A stretch of DNA of 64,000 nt, taken from an uncultured delta proteobacterium. GTDB taxonomy: Bacteria > Myxococcota_A > Polyangia > Polyangiales > Polyangiaceae. Where the stretch lies: positions 418,601-482,600 of the forward strand of contig CAVQUB010000002.1 in the NCBI GenBank assembly GCA_963716725.1, in the 5' to 3' direction. Under the pieces are notes generated by a model, which worked only from the letters and a program-made list of their open reading frames with translations, was not told the DNA's origin and ran no database searches. Every line of letters begins with the position of its first letter. Positions within the stretch are counted from its first letter, which is position 1. Made by a program: the position numbers and the translations under genes. Positions 45,993 through 56,414 of this stretch are shown here, one piece after another.

Positions 45993-47210
45993 GTGATGCG
46001 CATCGTCGTCGGGCTCTCGGTGTGCGCGGTCGCCCTCGCCAGCTCCGCCTGCAGCTCAGGAGGAGGCGGAGGGGGGAACAGCGGCGGCGGCGCCGGCGGA
46101 TTTCCTTCCGGACCGGTGGTCGAGTGCCAGGCCGGGGACAACGATCTCGCCGCCGCATCCGGACCCGGCCTGACGGTCTTCCAGCTCGATCCCTTGCCGC
46201 TTCTTCACCCGGTCACGGTGCTCGGACAGAACGCCATGGAGTCCGACCCCATCAACCTCTGCGTGCCCGCCGACGCCGTGAGCATGGTCCTCTATCCCGA
46301 CCCCGATCAAGAGGCCCTCGCCAGCTCCTACGTCGGGTCGGGGCTCGGCGAGATCGTGGACGCGTCGAACCTGAACGCTTTGCTTCGCGTCGAGGCACCG
46401 GATCTGATGCTGCCCAAAGGGCCGGAGGTCCAGCTCGTTCCCGGACACCACAGCTTCAAGATCGCGGGCGCGAGCGCTCAAGTGCAGCCATTCCTTGCGA
46501 TCCGCCGCGGCGCCCGCGGCGCCAGCAGCCACTACGCGGCCAATCTCGTGCTGGTGGACGGCTGCGGCATCGATGACAGCAACATCCAGGCCTTTGCCGA
46601 CGCCGGCGGCCTCTTCGACCAACTCTACGCTCAAGTCGGCATCGAGGTGAGCTCGGTCGGCGTAGGCTTCATCCACGACCCATCGCTCGCCGTGCTGCCG
46701 GACAGCGAGGAGGCGAAGCTCTCGCAAGCCACGGTCGAGAGCTCCCCAAACCTCCCGATGCTGCCGGACGCCATCAATTTCTACTTCGTCCGCGAGCTCA
46801 AATCAGACGACGCAGCCGGCACGCTCTTGGGTCACGCCATGGGCATCCCCGGCGTGCCGGCCCTGGCCAAGCGGGGCGGCGTCACGCTCTCGGTGGACGC
46901 GCATCGAAATGGCCCGAACCTGGACTTCGGCGCGCTGTGGATCACCGCCGCGCACGAAGGAGGCCACTGGCACGGTCTACGCCATCCGACGGAGCGCGAC
47001 GGAGCGGTGCAAGACCTGATCGCGGACACTTCCGAGTGCCCCCCGAGTCGCGACGTGAATCACGACGGATACGTCGACAGCGTCGAGTGCGCGGGCATGG
47101 GCAGCGACAACCTGATGTTTTGGACCTACGATTTCGCCACCCCACCGTCCAAGCTCACCCCCGGTCAGGGCTTCGCTCTGGCCTCGGCGCTCCTGATGAG
47201 TCCACAATGA
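45993..47210 (+). CDS. Metzincin (M43-like) zinc metalloprotease lipoprotein
   Basis: Lipobox SSAC; HEGGHWHGLRH (HExxHxxGxxH); Met-turn NLMF; DVNHDGYVD Ca-loop-like motif. Confidence 0.85.
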   Translation: MMRIVVGLSVCAVALASSACSSGGGGGGNSGGGAGGFPSGPVVECQAGDNDLAAASGPGLTVFQLDPLPLLHPVTVLGQNAMESDPINLCVPADAVSMVLYPDPDQEALASSYVGSGLGEIVDASNLNALLRVEAPDLMLPKGPEVQLVPGHHSFKIAGASAQVQPFLAIRRGARGASSHYAANLVLVDGCGIDDSNIQAFADAGGLFDQLYAQVGIEVSSVGVGFIHDPSLAVLPDSEEAKLSQATVESSPNLPMLPDAINFYFVRELKSDDAAGTLLGHAMGIPGVPALAKRGGVTLSVDAHRNGPNLDFGALWITAAHEGGHWHGLRHPTERDGAVQDLIADTSECPPSRDVNHDGYVDSVECAGMGSDNLMFWTYDFATPPSKLTPGQGFALASALLMSPQ

Positions 47211-47842
47211 GATCTGCGATGTCGAGCTGCTGGAAGACCACCGGTTTCTTCGTAGTGATCGTCGGCGTCACGGCCTGCAGTCAACCGCCCGCAGAGCCCG
47301 CGGCCAGCCGCACCGATCCCATCGCTCACACGGCGCACGCCCCCACCGCGCACTCGGCGCCGCCCAAGCCCGAGGCGTGCGACGCGCTCCGGTTGGACCG
47401 GCTGCTCACGGCGCCGCACGATCCTCCGACTCCCGAACAGCTCCGCGCGACCTGCGCGGATCCGATCCCCGAGCTGGTGCTCCGTGCCACCAATACCCAA
47501 GCGCGTGGCTTGATGCGCATGCGGGCGATGGAGTCCCTGGGCAAGCTCGGGGGCGCCCAAGCAACCAAGGCCCTCGCCGATCTCGCGACCGCCAGCGCCG
47601 ATCTGCCGTCGATGCGCCGCACGGCGGTCGAGGCGCTGACGCGCGCGACCACGGTCGGCGACGAGGAACGCGACCGGGTCGGAGTGAAAGCCCTCGCCGA
47701 CGCCGATCCGCACGTGCGCGTGGCCGCCGCAAGGCTGCTTGCGGGCAGTAAGCGCCCGGACGTTCGTGAAGAACTGGACCGCGCAGGCACACGCGAGACC
47801 GAGACCTTCGTGCGCGAAGCCATCGATCGCGCCAAGCAGTAG
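47207..47842 (+). CDS. HEAT-repeat lipoprotein
   Basis: ATGA overlap with the protease stop; lipobox VTAC; RMRAMESLGKLG, ALADADPHVRVAAARLLA, ETETFVREAI. Confidence 0.8.
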   Translation: MRSAMSSCWKTTGFFVVIVGVTACSQPPAEPAASRTDPIAHTAHAPTAHSAPPKPEACDALRLDRLLTAPHDPPTPEQLRATCADPIPELVLRATNTQARGLMRMRAMESLGKLGGAQATKALADLATASADLPSMRRTAVEALTRATTVGDEERDRVGVKALADADPHVRVAAARLLAGSKRPDVREELDRAGTRETETFVREAIDRAKQ

Positions 47843-47916
47843 TCCGGTGTTCGCTTCGGCTGTGGGGCATCAGCTTCGGCTTCATCCGAGCGCTGGAGCG
47901 TGCTAGCGATCGAAGC

Positions 47917-48801
47917 GTGTCCACGCGCTTCCTCGTCGATGCCCACGTTCACCTGAACAACTACCACGAGGCGACGCGCCGCCCGACCACCGAGAACGTC
48001 CAGGACCTCTTCGACAAGATGGCGGAGTGCGGCGTGGACCACGCCGTCGTGATCACGTCTTACCGGGTCGACCTCGATCGTCCAAGTGTCGAGGAGATAG
48101 TGGACCTCTTGAGCGCGGATCCTCGCACCACGGTCGTAGAAGGACTGCGTTGGCGCGGGGACGCGCGAACCGACTTGTTCCACATGGAAGAGCGGATCCG
48201 CGACGGACGCGTCAAGGGCATCAAGCTCTACCCGGGCTACGACAAATACGCGATCAACGACCCGAGTTTGGAGCACGTGTTCAACATCGCGGCCAAATAC
48301 GACGTGCCAGTGATGATCCACACCGGCGACACCTACTCGAAGGAGGCCAAGGTCAGGCAGTCGCACCCGCTTTTGGTCGACGACATCGCGGTCGACTTCC
48401 CCAAGACCAAGTTCGTGATGTGTCACCTCGGCAACCCGTGGTTTCAGGACACGGCAGAGGTTCTGTACAAGAACGACAACGTCTTCGCCGACATCTCCGG
48501 GTTGACCCTGGGCGAGTTCAGCTACCAGTTCGAGCGCTACATCAGCATGCGCGTGCGGGAGATGATCACGTACATGGGGGATCCCGGAAAGCAGCTCCTA
48601 TACGGCACTGATTGGCCCCTGGTGAAGATGGTCCCGTACCTGAGCTTCTTGGACGATCTGCAGCTGGCCAATGACAAGCGAGAGAACGTCTGCTGGGGGA
48701 CAGCCGCCAAGCTCTTCAAGCTCGACGAAACGACACTCGAAAAGGGACGCGCCCTGCGGCTCGCGATCCGCGAGCCCGCAAGACGCTTGATGCCGACCTG
48801 A
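47917..48801 (+). CDS. Amidohydrolase_2 family metallohydrolase
   Basis: DAHVH, GIKLYPGY, PVMIHTG, CHLGNPW, NVFADISG, LYGTDWP. Confidence 0.93.
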   Translation: MSTRFLVDAHVHLNNYHEATRRPTTENVQDLFDKMAECGVDHAVVITSYRVDLDRPSVEEIVDLLSADPRTTVVEGLRWRGDARTDLFHMEERIRDGRVKGIKLYPGYDKYAINDPSLEHVFNIAAKYDVPVMIHTGDTYSKEAKVRQSHPLLVDDIAVDFPKTKFVMCHLGNPWFQDTAEVLYKNDNVFADISGLTLGEFSYQFERYISMRVREMITYMGDPGKQLLYGTDWPLVKMVPYLSFLDDLQLANDKRENVCWGTAAKLFKLDETTLEKGRALRLAIREPARRLMPT

Positions 48802-48978
48802 GGTCCATCGCAGCGCTCCTCGAGTCGCAAATGCACCCTGTGCGCGACTCCCTGCCTATTTCGCCGACCGATAGCACCGGCACTGGGGATCCTTTCGCAG
48901 CCTCAGACTACTCGTCCGTCGGGTGTCAGCACCTGCTGACTTGGATTTCTCGAGGAGGCCGGGCAAAGTGGCGCGTTG

Positions 48979-50073
48979 ATGAGCCAAGGCCAGGTTTCCC
49001 GGATCACTTCCATCGCAGCGATCATGTTGAGCCCGGTCGTAGCCGGCGCGCAGACTCCGGAAGCGCCGCCGCCCCCGGCGGCCACGACGACCCCCGTCCC
49101 AGCGCCTGCGGTCCCCAGCTATCCGGTACCGGGGCCGGCGACGAATGACTGGGACGTGCTCATTACGGCCGACAACCGAGTGATCTACGTGCGCATCATG
49201 CGGCACGAGCCGGGTTCGTTCGTGACCTTTCGGCACACCGACGGACGCGAGGAGACGTGGTCCTGGGCTCAGGTGAAGGTGGTGGCCCTGGTACAGAACC
49301 GCAGCGGGCTGGTCACGCCAGGAGCACCGCCGCCAGCGCCCGGCTCGACGAGTACGACGAAGGTCGGCGCCACGGGCCTCCAGCATTCGGCTGCCCGAGA
49401 CTGCAGTACCCGGCCCGGTGAGCAGTGCCGGGAGCAGTCGACCACGCAAGTGGATGGCCGCGGGATCCGCTTTGGGCTCCAGGGGCAAAGCGTCCAACGC
49501 GTGGTGACACCACCGTCGTACGACGTGGGCGGCGCGCTCGAACTCTCAGGGCTCTACGGCACCGGGACGGGCGACATGGACGTCACCATCTACGGCTACG
49601 CATTTCAGGGTGGGCTGCGGACGATGTTCGGCGGGCAGTTCCCCGGACCCAAGGGCGGTGGCTGGAGCGGCTTCGGGTTCGAGGTGATGGGCGGGTTCCA
49701 GGGTGGCGGCGGCAAGATCTCCGCCGGGGGCATGGAGGTCGACTACGAGCAGGCCACGGTCTCCGCCTCTGCCGGTGCGGGATACCAATACCTGAGCTTC
49801 GGAACGATGGACCCGAGCACGCTCCAGCAAGGCGGCTTCGGTCTGTTCTTGGGCTATCGCGTCGGCGGCGCCGCGAATTTCACCACCACGACCGTTGGGG
49901 ACAATGAGACAACAGACGACAGCACGAGCGTGAGTCATGGCCCCGTGCTCACACTGAGTTTCCCCAAGTACAACGCCGGGACGGCGAAGCTGCGCCGCTG
50001 GACCATCACGGCGATGGGCATGTACATCTCCGACTTCTTGTTGATCACGGTGGGCGGTGGCTACACCTGGTAG
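48979..50073 (+). CDS. Secreted protein: small N-terminal beta domain, Pro-rich linker, probable outer-membrane beta-barrel
   Basis: Signal peptide (AGA-Q); Gly/aromatic alternating strands; ends VGGGYTW. Confidence 0.6.
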   Translation: MSQGQVSRITSIAAIMLSPVVAGAQTPEAPPPPAATTTPVPAPAVPSYPVPGPATNDWDVLITADNRVIYVRIMRHEPGSFVTFRHTDGREETWSWAQVKVVALVQNRSGLVTPGAPPPAPGSTSTTKVGATGLQHSAARDCSTRPGEQCREQSTTQVDGRGIRFGLQGQSVQRVVTPPSYDVGGALELSGLYGTGTGDMDVTIYGYAFQGGLRTMFGGQFPGPKGGGWSGFGFEVMGGFQGGGGKISAGGMEVDYEQATVSASAGAGYQYLSFGTMDPSTLQQGGFGLFLGYRVGGAANFTTTTVGDNETTDDSTSVSHGPVLTLSFPKYNAGTAKLRRWTITAMGMYISDFLLITVGGGYTW

Positions 50074-51071
50074 CGCGCGCCCTGCATCCGTCGCCAGTCG
50101 ATCAGCGGGACGGCGTCTTCGAGCAGAGACATCTCTACTTCGGTCCGCTCGCCGACCAGATCGCCGCCGATCTCGAAGGGCACGGGGCGATCGAACTCGA
50201 AGCGACAGCGGGTCACGAAAAAGTGGTGATCGTCGGGCAGAGGGTGGGCCCCGCGCCAGAGCCACGGCATGCGGACCGTCGCCGAGAGCGCTGTTGCGGC
50301 GTAAATGCGCACGTTCATCCGGCCGGGCACCAGGTGCGCGAACGGAAAGGCGCGAAAGCCGAGGCCGAGCTCTTCAGTCGTGGCCGCGCCACCGACGCTG
50401 ATGGGCCCTTCGTAGAGCGTCGCGCCGGCGCCGGCGCCGGGGATGGGGATCGCTTGCCCGGCGGGGTTCACGCCGAAGGCGGGCTCGCCCAGGTTCACGA
50501 CCCGGACCCGGGGCGGGGTGAAGCCAAACAGGTGCCGCGGGATGGTGCGAGTGAACAGGCTCTGCATGTAGCCCGCCCGCGCGCTGGCCCCGCGCACCGC
50601 CGGCGGCGTCAGGTCCTGAACCGCTTTGTAGTCCGCGAGCACCTCCGCGTCCCAGCCCGTGCCGGCGAAGGGCGTGACTCTGCCTTCGGTCTCGACCAGC
50701 GCCGAGCGACGGAGCGGCGGGGGCCCGCGCTCAGGCAAGTTGGAGAGCCCGCGCAGCGCGGCGCGCTTGCCGACCTTGCCGGTGGCGCGCGCCCACCCGT
50801 TGCCGGTGCCCAGCGGGAGCAATCCGAACGCGGGGACCGTCAGGCCCTGGTCCCGTAGCTCGTTCAGGAGCGCGACCGCGGTGCCGTCGCCGCCCCCCGA
50901 GATGAGGACCTCGGGCGTGTTGGGAGCGAGGTCGTCGCGAACCCAGGCACGCGCCTCGTCGAAGCTCTGAGTCACCGCGACTCGCGCGCGGGGCAGGATC
51001 TCCCGGATACGGCGCCCGATGGCCTCTGAGCCATGGCGCGCGCGCAGATTCACCAAGACTGCGACAGTCAT
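50061..51071 (-). CDS. Diacylglycerol kinase family (DAGK/YegS-like) lipid kinase
   Basis: VLVN, SGGGDGT, LPLGTGNGWA, FAGTGWDA, FEIGGD. Confidence 0.9.
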   Translation of the reverse strand: MTVAVLVNLRARHGSEAIGRRIREILPRARVAVTQSFDEARAWVRDDLAPNTPEVLISGGGDGTAVALLNELRDQGLTVPAFGLLPLGTGNGWARATGKVGKRAALRGLSNLPERGPPPLRRSALVETEGRVTPFAGTGWDAEVLADYKAVQDLTPPAVRGASARAGYMQSLFTRTIPRHLFGFTPPRVRVVNLGEPAFGVNPAGQAIPIPGAGAGATLYEGPISVGGAATTEELGLGFRAFPFAHLVPGRMNVRIYAATALSATVRMPWLWRGAHPLPDDHHFFVTRCRFEFDRPVPFEIGGDLVGERTEVEMSLLEDAVPLIDWRRMQGARYQV

Positions 51072-51208
51072 TCACGCTGAACCTAACGCCCAGCCGCGGG
51101 GGGCAAGGTCAGGTTTTCGTCACATTCGCTGGCGGGTCGGGCCAGCGCGCTCGGTGGGCCCAAAGGCGCTGGGCTCCTCCGGGGCCGCTTTGGTATGAAG
51201 TGGCGGCG

Positions 51209-52102
51209 ATGAATCGAGGCGCGGCGTTCGGGTTTTTGCTGCTGTCGCTCGCGGCATGGACGTGTCGAGTGCAGCCCCCCGCGGAGGGACGGCCAGCGCC
51301 GACCGCATCGGTCACCGCTCTGGCTCCTGCGGCCTCCGCCCCGGCCGGGGCGCACGCCAGCGCCCGCACGCGCTCCTCTCCCGGACAGATCCTGTGTGGG
51401 AACGCGCGCTGCGATCTGGCTACCGAAGTGTGCTGCGCCACCCTCACTGGCGAGGGACAGCGATGCGCTGCGCGCCCCAAGGACCCCTCGCAAGATCCCT
51501 GCGGCGGCCAGCTCAGCATGTCTTGCGACGGGGCAGAGGACTGCCCCGGCGGCGCCTGTTGCGAAACCGCGAACTGCACGGGGGACTGTCCACCAATGCA
51601 CGCTTGCGAGGCGCCGCGTTGCGAATCCGGTCCCGGCGGAGTGTGCATCCCCGGCGGAGCTTGCCCGGACGGGTTCGTCTGCTCCCTGGCCGCCTCGGAC
51701 AAGAGCGCCGAGCGAGGCGCTTGCGTGCAGAAGTCGCCCGGCGTGACCTGCGGCGGGACTCGCTGTCGGGGCGCCACGCCGCGCTGCTGTTGGAACACGA
51801 AGGACAAGTCGGGGGCCTGCGCGGCCTCATGTCCCGACGACGGCATGGGCGACGAGGCGTCGCTCGGCTGCGGGAACAACGCCGACTGCGCGGGCTACGT
51901 CTGCGGTCGCTTCTCGAGCAGCCCGGCTCAGATCTTCTCGTGCGCCGGGCACAGCTTCGCGGGCGATCGCTTCGATCCCATCTTGTGCGCGGCGACCTCG
52001 GAGTGCCCGAAGCACTTCGGTCGCGCCGCCATCGGCTGCGAGCCTGTGCTCGACGGCAGTCTGCCTCCGAATATCCGGGTCTGCCGCTACGAAGAAGAGT
52101 GA
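51209..52102 (+). CDS. Cys-rich secreted/lipoprotein
   Basis: Hydrophobic N-terminus ending WTC; two CG...C.....CC units and CDGAEDCPGGACC. Confidence 0.7.
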   Translation: MNRGAAFGFLLLSLAAWTCRVQPPAEGRPAPTASVTALAPAASAPAGAHASARTRSSPGQILCGNARCDLATEVCCATLTGEGQRCAARPKDPSQDPCGGQLSMSCDGAEDCPGGACCETANCTGDCPPMHACEAPRCESGPGGVCIPGGACPDGFVCSLAASDKSAERGACVQKSPGVTCGGTRCRGATPRCCWNTKDKSGACAASCPDDGMGDEASLGCGNNADCAGYVCGRFSSSPAQIFSCAGHSFAGDRFDPILCAATSECPKHFGRAAIGCEPVLDGSLPPNIRVCRYEEE

Positions 52103-52171
52103 GCGCCAGGGCGCCCGCGCGCTTTGATTCGCGAGCCCGACGCACGATGATGCGCCGACTGGACCGGGTAG

Positions 52172-54025
52172 ATGAGCCAAGACGCCCTGATCGTATTTTT
52201 CACCCTGGCGGCCACCATCGCGCTCTTCGTCAGCGATCGCGTGCGCCTGGACGTCGTGGCTTTGCTGTCCCTGCTGGTCTTGCTGCTCACTGGTGTGCTG
52301 ACCCCCGCCGAAGGCATGGCGGGCTTCTCGAACCCCATCGTGCTGATGATCGCCGGCCTCTTCGTGGTCGGGGGCGCGCTGAGCGCGACGGGAGTTGCCG
52401 ACTGGTTGGGCATCAAGCTGGGGGCGCTGGCGGGGACCGACGAGAAACGCCTCGTGGTCGTGATCATGTTGGCGGCGGCCCTGCTGTCGGCGTTCATGAG
52501 CTCGACCGGCACGGTGGCCGTGCTCCTGCCCGTCGTGGGCACGCTGGCCGAGCGCGCGCGCGTCTCTCCGGCTCGCCTGCTGATGCCAATGGCGTTCGCC
52601 TCCCTGCTCGGGGGCCTCATGACCCTGATCGGAACGCCCCCCAACATCGTCGTGTCGGACCAGCTGCGGAGCGCTGGGCTCGAGCCCTTTCACTTCTTCA
52701 GCTTCACGCCGCCCGGGCTGATCCTCGTCCTGATCGGCGTGGCGTTCATGGCCCTGGTCGGTCGCCACCTGCTGCCGGGCGGAGCGACCACGTCCAGCGC
52801 GTCGGACTCTGCGCCGCCCAGCGCAGTGATGCGGGACATCGTGCAGGAGTACGGCCTCAGCGACCATCTGCACCGGCTGGAGGTATCGAGCGCCGCGCGG
52901 GTGGTGGGTCAGAGCCTCGCGCAGCTGGATCTTCGCGCCAAGTTCGAGCTGACGGTGGTGGGCATTCGACGATCGTCGGATGCGGGAAGCTCAGCGGTGC
53001 CGGTGCTCCCGACGGCCACGCTACAGGCAGGCGATGTGCTGATGATCCAGGGCAGCCCGGCTGCGGCGGAGCGGGCCGCTTCCGAGTTGCTGCTCGCGGC
53101 AATGCCCGGCCGGGTCGACCTTTCGTTGCCTGGGGACGAGTCGGTCGCGGAAATCGTGATCCCCCGACGCTCGCGCCTGATCGGGCGCAGCCTGCGACAA
53201 GTCCACTTTCGCGATCGCTACCGGGCCACCGTGCTGGCCGCGCGGCGCGCCGGGAGTCGTGCAGCCGAAGCGAGCGACTCCTTCGCGACCCGCGACCTCC
53301 GGTTGAGGAGCGGTGACACGCTGTTGATCAAGGGTCGCGTCAAGCACTTGAAAGCCCTAATCCACGAGCGCGGCGACTTCGTGATGGTCACCGAACCGCG
53401 GGCCTCCGGTGATTTCGAGCTCAATGGCGTCCAGGCGACGGCGGCTCTCGTCATCACCTTGGGCATGCTGGTGCTGATGACCTTTGGCGTCGTGCCAAAC
53501 GTGGTGGCCGTGCTCTTGGCGGCAGTCTGCATGGTGCTGACACGCTGCCTCGACGCCAACCAGGCTTATCGCAACATCAACTGGGAGAGCGTGGTGCTGA
53601 TCGCGGCTATCCTTCCCATGGCCACGGCGCTCCAAAAGACCGGTGGCGTGCAGTTCGTGGTCGACGGCCTCGTCTCGGGTCTGGGCCAGCGTGGGCCGTA
53701 CCTGCTCTTGGGCGCGTTCTTCGTGCTGACCTCCGGCTTCAGTCAGGTGATCTCGAACACCGCCACGACCGTGCTGGTGGCCCCCATCGCCTACCAGGTG
53801 GCGGTCGACCTCGGCATGTCGCCACGCCCCTTCCTGATGACCGTCGCCATCGCCGCGTCCACGGCCTTTGCCACGCCTATCGCGTCACCAGTGAACACGC
53901 TGGTCCTCAACCCCGGAGGCTACAAGTTCTTCGACTACATGAGAGTCGGGCTCCTGCTCCAGTTGGTACTGCTCGTCGCCACCCTGGTCATCGTGCCGTG
54001 GATGTTCCCGCTGTCGCCGCGCTAA
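52172..54025 (+). CDS. SLC13/DASS-family permease with TrkA-C domains
   Basis: RVRLDVVA, GFSNP, SAFMSSTG, TLIGTPPNIV, two RCK-C-like units, ISNTAT, FATPIASPVNTLV..PGGY.F.DY. Confidence 0.93.
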   Translation: MSQDALIVFFTLAATIALFVSDRVRLDVVALLSLLVLLLTGVLTPAEGMAGFSNPIVLMIAGLFVVGGALSATGVADWLGIKLGALAGTDEKRLVVVIMLAAALLSAFMSSTGTVAVLLPVVGTLAERARVSPARLLMPMAFASLLGGLMTLIGTPPNIVVSDQLRSAGLEPFHFFSFTPPGLILVLIGVAFMALVGRHLLPGGATTSSASDSAPPSAVMRDIVQEYGLSDHLHRLEVSSAARVVGQSLAQLDLRAKFELTVVGIRRSSDAGSSAVPVLPTATLQAGDVLMIQGSPAAAERAASELLLAAMPGRVDLSLPGDESVAEIVIPRRSRLIGRSLRQVHFRDRYRATVLAARRAGSRAAEASDSFATRDLRLRSGDTLLIKGRVKHLKALIHERGDFVMVTEPRASGDFELNGVQATAALVITLGMLVLMTFGVVPNVVAVLLAAVCMVLTRCLDANQAYRNINWESVVLIAAILPMATALQKTGGVQFVVDGLVSGLGQRGPYLLLGAFFVLTSGFSQVISNTATTVLVAPIAYQVAVDLGMSPRPFLMTVAIAASTAFATPIASPVNTLVLNPGGYKFFDYMRVGLLLQLVLLVATLVIVPWMFPLSPR

Positions 54026-54047
54026 ATGGGCGACGGCGCGCCAGGCT

Positions 54048-54830
54048 TCACTTCTTCCACGCCAGGCAGCTCGGGTTGTTGTGACCGCCGCCCGCGGGAT
54101 TGTCGTGGGTGCCGATGAACACGACGCTGCCCACCTGGGCCGACAGATCGACGTCGATCTGCTTCTGGGCCGAGTCGCAGGTGATCTTGAAGATGTATTG
54201 CAGGTGATCCCAGGGGTTCTGCGAGTTGGTCTCCCACCCTTGGCAGCGCTCGACGCCGTCCGGCATCTTGGGCCCGGTGTTGCTGGACACGTAGCTCACG
54301 CCGCCGCTGCTGCTGATGCAGACGAGCACCATGGGCTTGCCGGGCGCGCCGACCTGCCACGCCTCGTCGTCACACACCTCTGAGCCGTTGTTCGCCGACT
54401 GGATGCAGTCGGCCTGCGCGTACACACACGGCGCACACTCGCTGCCGCCGCAGTCGCTGCTGGTCTCGCCGCAGTCCTTGATGCCGTTCGCGCAGTGGCC
54501 GGCACAGGCGTTCGCGCCTCCGCTGCCGCCGGCACCGCCGCCGTCGGTTCCGCCCGACGCCGTGCCCCCGCCGCCGGTGGCCGCCCCACCGCCGGTGGCC
54601 GGCCAGCCGCCGCTGCCCGTGCCTCCGGCGCCGCCGCTTGCCGTGCACTCGCAGGCGCCGTAGCCGCTGCCGCTCTGCTCGCAGACTTGAGCACCGGACC
54701 ATCCGTTGGGGCAGACGCAAGCCTCGGACTTTCCCGGAGTGCAGTCTTTGGCGTCGGGCGTGCTCGACGCGCAGGCAACGAGAACGAGCGCCAAAACGAG
54801 AGACAGCCGCCCGAACGCTGCGAGTCGCAT
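54048..54830 (-). CDS. Cys/Gly-rich lipoprotein
   Basis: Lipobox LVAC; CTPGKSEACVC; Gly linker; CANGIKDCGETSSDCGG. Confidence 0.75.
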   Translation of the reverse strand: MRLAAFGRLSLVLALVLVACASSTPDAKDCTPGKSEACVCPNGWSGAQVCEQSGSGYGACECTASGGAGGTGSGGWPATGGGAATGGGGTASGGTDGGGAGGSGGANACAGHCANGIKDCGETSSDCGGSECAPCVYAQADCIQSANNGSEVCDDEAWQVGAPGKPMVLVCISSSGGVSYVSSNTGPKMPDGVERCQGWETNSQNPWDHLQYIFKITCDSAQKQIDVDLSAQVGSVVFIGTHDNPAGGGHNNPSCLAWKK

Positions 54831-54933
54831 CTCCGAAGGGTATCCGATTTCTCGGGTGGACCATGGGGCGCGATGGCCGGCAGTCGTGCCACGCGCGGAC
54901 GACGGCGAGTCCGGAGTCATCCGGATACCGATG

Positions 54934-55413
54934 CTATTCCGGTGGCTTGGCTCTGAAGTCGATGGCGCCGTCGGGCAGGAGATAGAGCACGAACGCTTCA
55001 CCCTCCGTCACCGTGGGGTAGTGAGCGCTCCGGGGGCCGTAGACCACCCAGCCCGCGCCGTGGCCGTCGAATCGCGCCCCCGCAGTGACGGGCATCACCA
55101 GATCGATCTCGCCCTTCGGATGGAGGTGGTAGGGCCCCTTCACGTCCTTCATCTGCACCACGTCGACGCTGAACCCCGCTGATGCTTCCGACGCCTCGAT
55201 CACTCGGCCATAGCGGATCCCGCCGCGCTCGTGCTCGCACATCCAGCCGGCGCGCGTCCCCTCGTGGCAGGCGCGGCTGAGAGCGCGAAAGGCTTCGCTC
55301 TGTTCTCCGAAACTCGCTTCGAGAGTGGCGAGCAGGGCGTCGTCCAGCGCCCGACCACGAAGCTGGTCGATGATGGGGGCGAGCAACGCGCGAAAGTCTT
55401 CGGGGGTCGTCAC
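54934..55413 (-). CDS. DUF4863 (PnbB-like cupin) protein
   Basis: GWMC, IRYGRV, FSVDVV.M, GPYHLHPKGEIDLVMP, GWVVYGPRSAHYPTV, YLLPDGAIDF. Confidence 0.85.
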   Translation of the reverse strand: MTTPEDFRALLAPIIDQLRGRALDDALLATLEASFGEQSEAFRALSRACHEGTRAGWMCEHERGGIRYGRVIEASEASAGFSVDVVQMKDVKGPYHLHPKGEIDLVMPVTAGARFDGHGAGWVVYGPRSAHYPTVTEGEAFVLYLLPDGAIDFRAKPPE

Positions 55414-55541
55414 GGCGCGAGCATCAGCGAGCCGGCGCCGCAGCGCAAGCGCGGGGCTCGTCCGGTCGCGGCGCTGCGGAGCTCAGCTTTGCCCTGAGCG
55501 CGCAGCGGTCCCCCGCCAACAACGAGACCGACGACTCCCGC

Positions 55542-56225
55542 TCAGGCCTTGCGGCGCGGCGGGGGCGGCGGGCCGCGGCGGGCCGCGGGCTCGATCGCGC
55601 CGCTCTCGTCACGCGCGCCGCCGAGGGACTCGGGGATCTCCAAAATGGCCGAAGGACGATCGTAGCTGGCGAGCGCGTCGTCGGGCTCGGCTGGCTCCGA
55701 GGGCTCGGGGGCGGAGACCTGCCCGCCGCGCGCGGCACCGAGCAGCGACGTGTCGAAGGCTGAAATCGAGGCCTTGCGGTTCGCGACCCGATAGTCCGGC
55801 ATGCCGATCAAGACGATACGCCGGTCCGTCGGCTTTTCGCGAGGCACGAGCGGGCGAAGCTCGGCCGCGTGGGTCGTGAGCATCAGCGAGAACTCGGCCA
55901 GCGGCACGTCCATCTGCGTCGGAGGCAGCAGACGCTCCGAGCTGACCCCGTCGTCTACCAAGAGCTCGAGCACCGACAGCTCGGCGTCCCCGATCAGTCG
56001 AACCACCAAGCGTCCTTCGAGCCAGCTGCGCTTCGCCATCTGCGCCAGTACGACCAAGACGCCCGCACCGCCCTCGCCCGGACGCGCGATGCTCGTCATG
56101 TGGCGGATGAGGGCCAATATCTTCTCGCGCGGGCTCGGCTCCGACATCGTGTGCGCCGGCGCCAACGCCTGCCGGACGACGGCGTCGTCGACGTCACGGC
56201 AGCTCTGCACGGCGTCGAACTTCAT
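55542..56225 (-). CDS. Hypothetical protein
   Basis: Globular-looking 227-aa ORF with coding-like codon bias and a Pro-rich tail; no family recognised. Confidence 0.7.
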   Translation of the reverse strand: MKFDAVQSCRDVDDAVVRQALAPAHTMSEPSPREKILALIRHMTSIARPGEGGAGVLVVLAQMAKRSWLEGRLVVRLIGDAELSVLELLVDDGVSSERLLPPTQMDVPLAEFSLMLTTHAAELRPLVPREKPTDRRIVLIGMPDYRVANRKASISAFDTSLLGAARGGQVSAPEPSEPAEPDDALASYDRPSAILEIPESLGGARDESGAIEPAARRGPPPPPRRKA

Positions 56226-56414
56226 GGCTCAACCATAGAGCGGGAGGAGCTCCTTGCCCATCCCGTTCGGACGCTCTTGCCGGCCTGGGCGCCCGATTGA
56301 GCGCTGTCGCTCAGGGGGAGCCGCAGGGACCGAAGCTCAGCGGGCTCGAAGCGCCCTCCGAGCCGACTGCGACAGGTCGCCTCCGCCCGGTCCACCGCGT
56401 GCCGGGCGTGGTGC

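Noticed and set aside
48820..48945. Possible riboswitch (hairpins GAGTCGC/GCGACTC and GTCAGC/GCTGAC)
   Set aside because: Only short stems; conserved c-di-GMP-I or other aptamer motifs could not be matched by eye.
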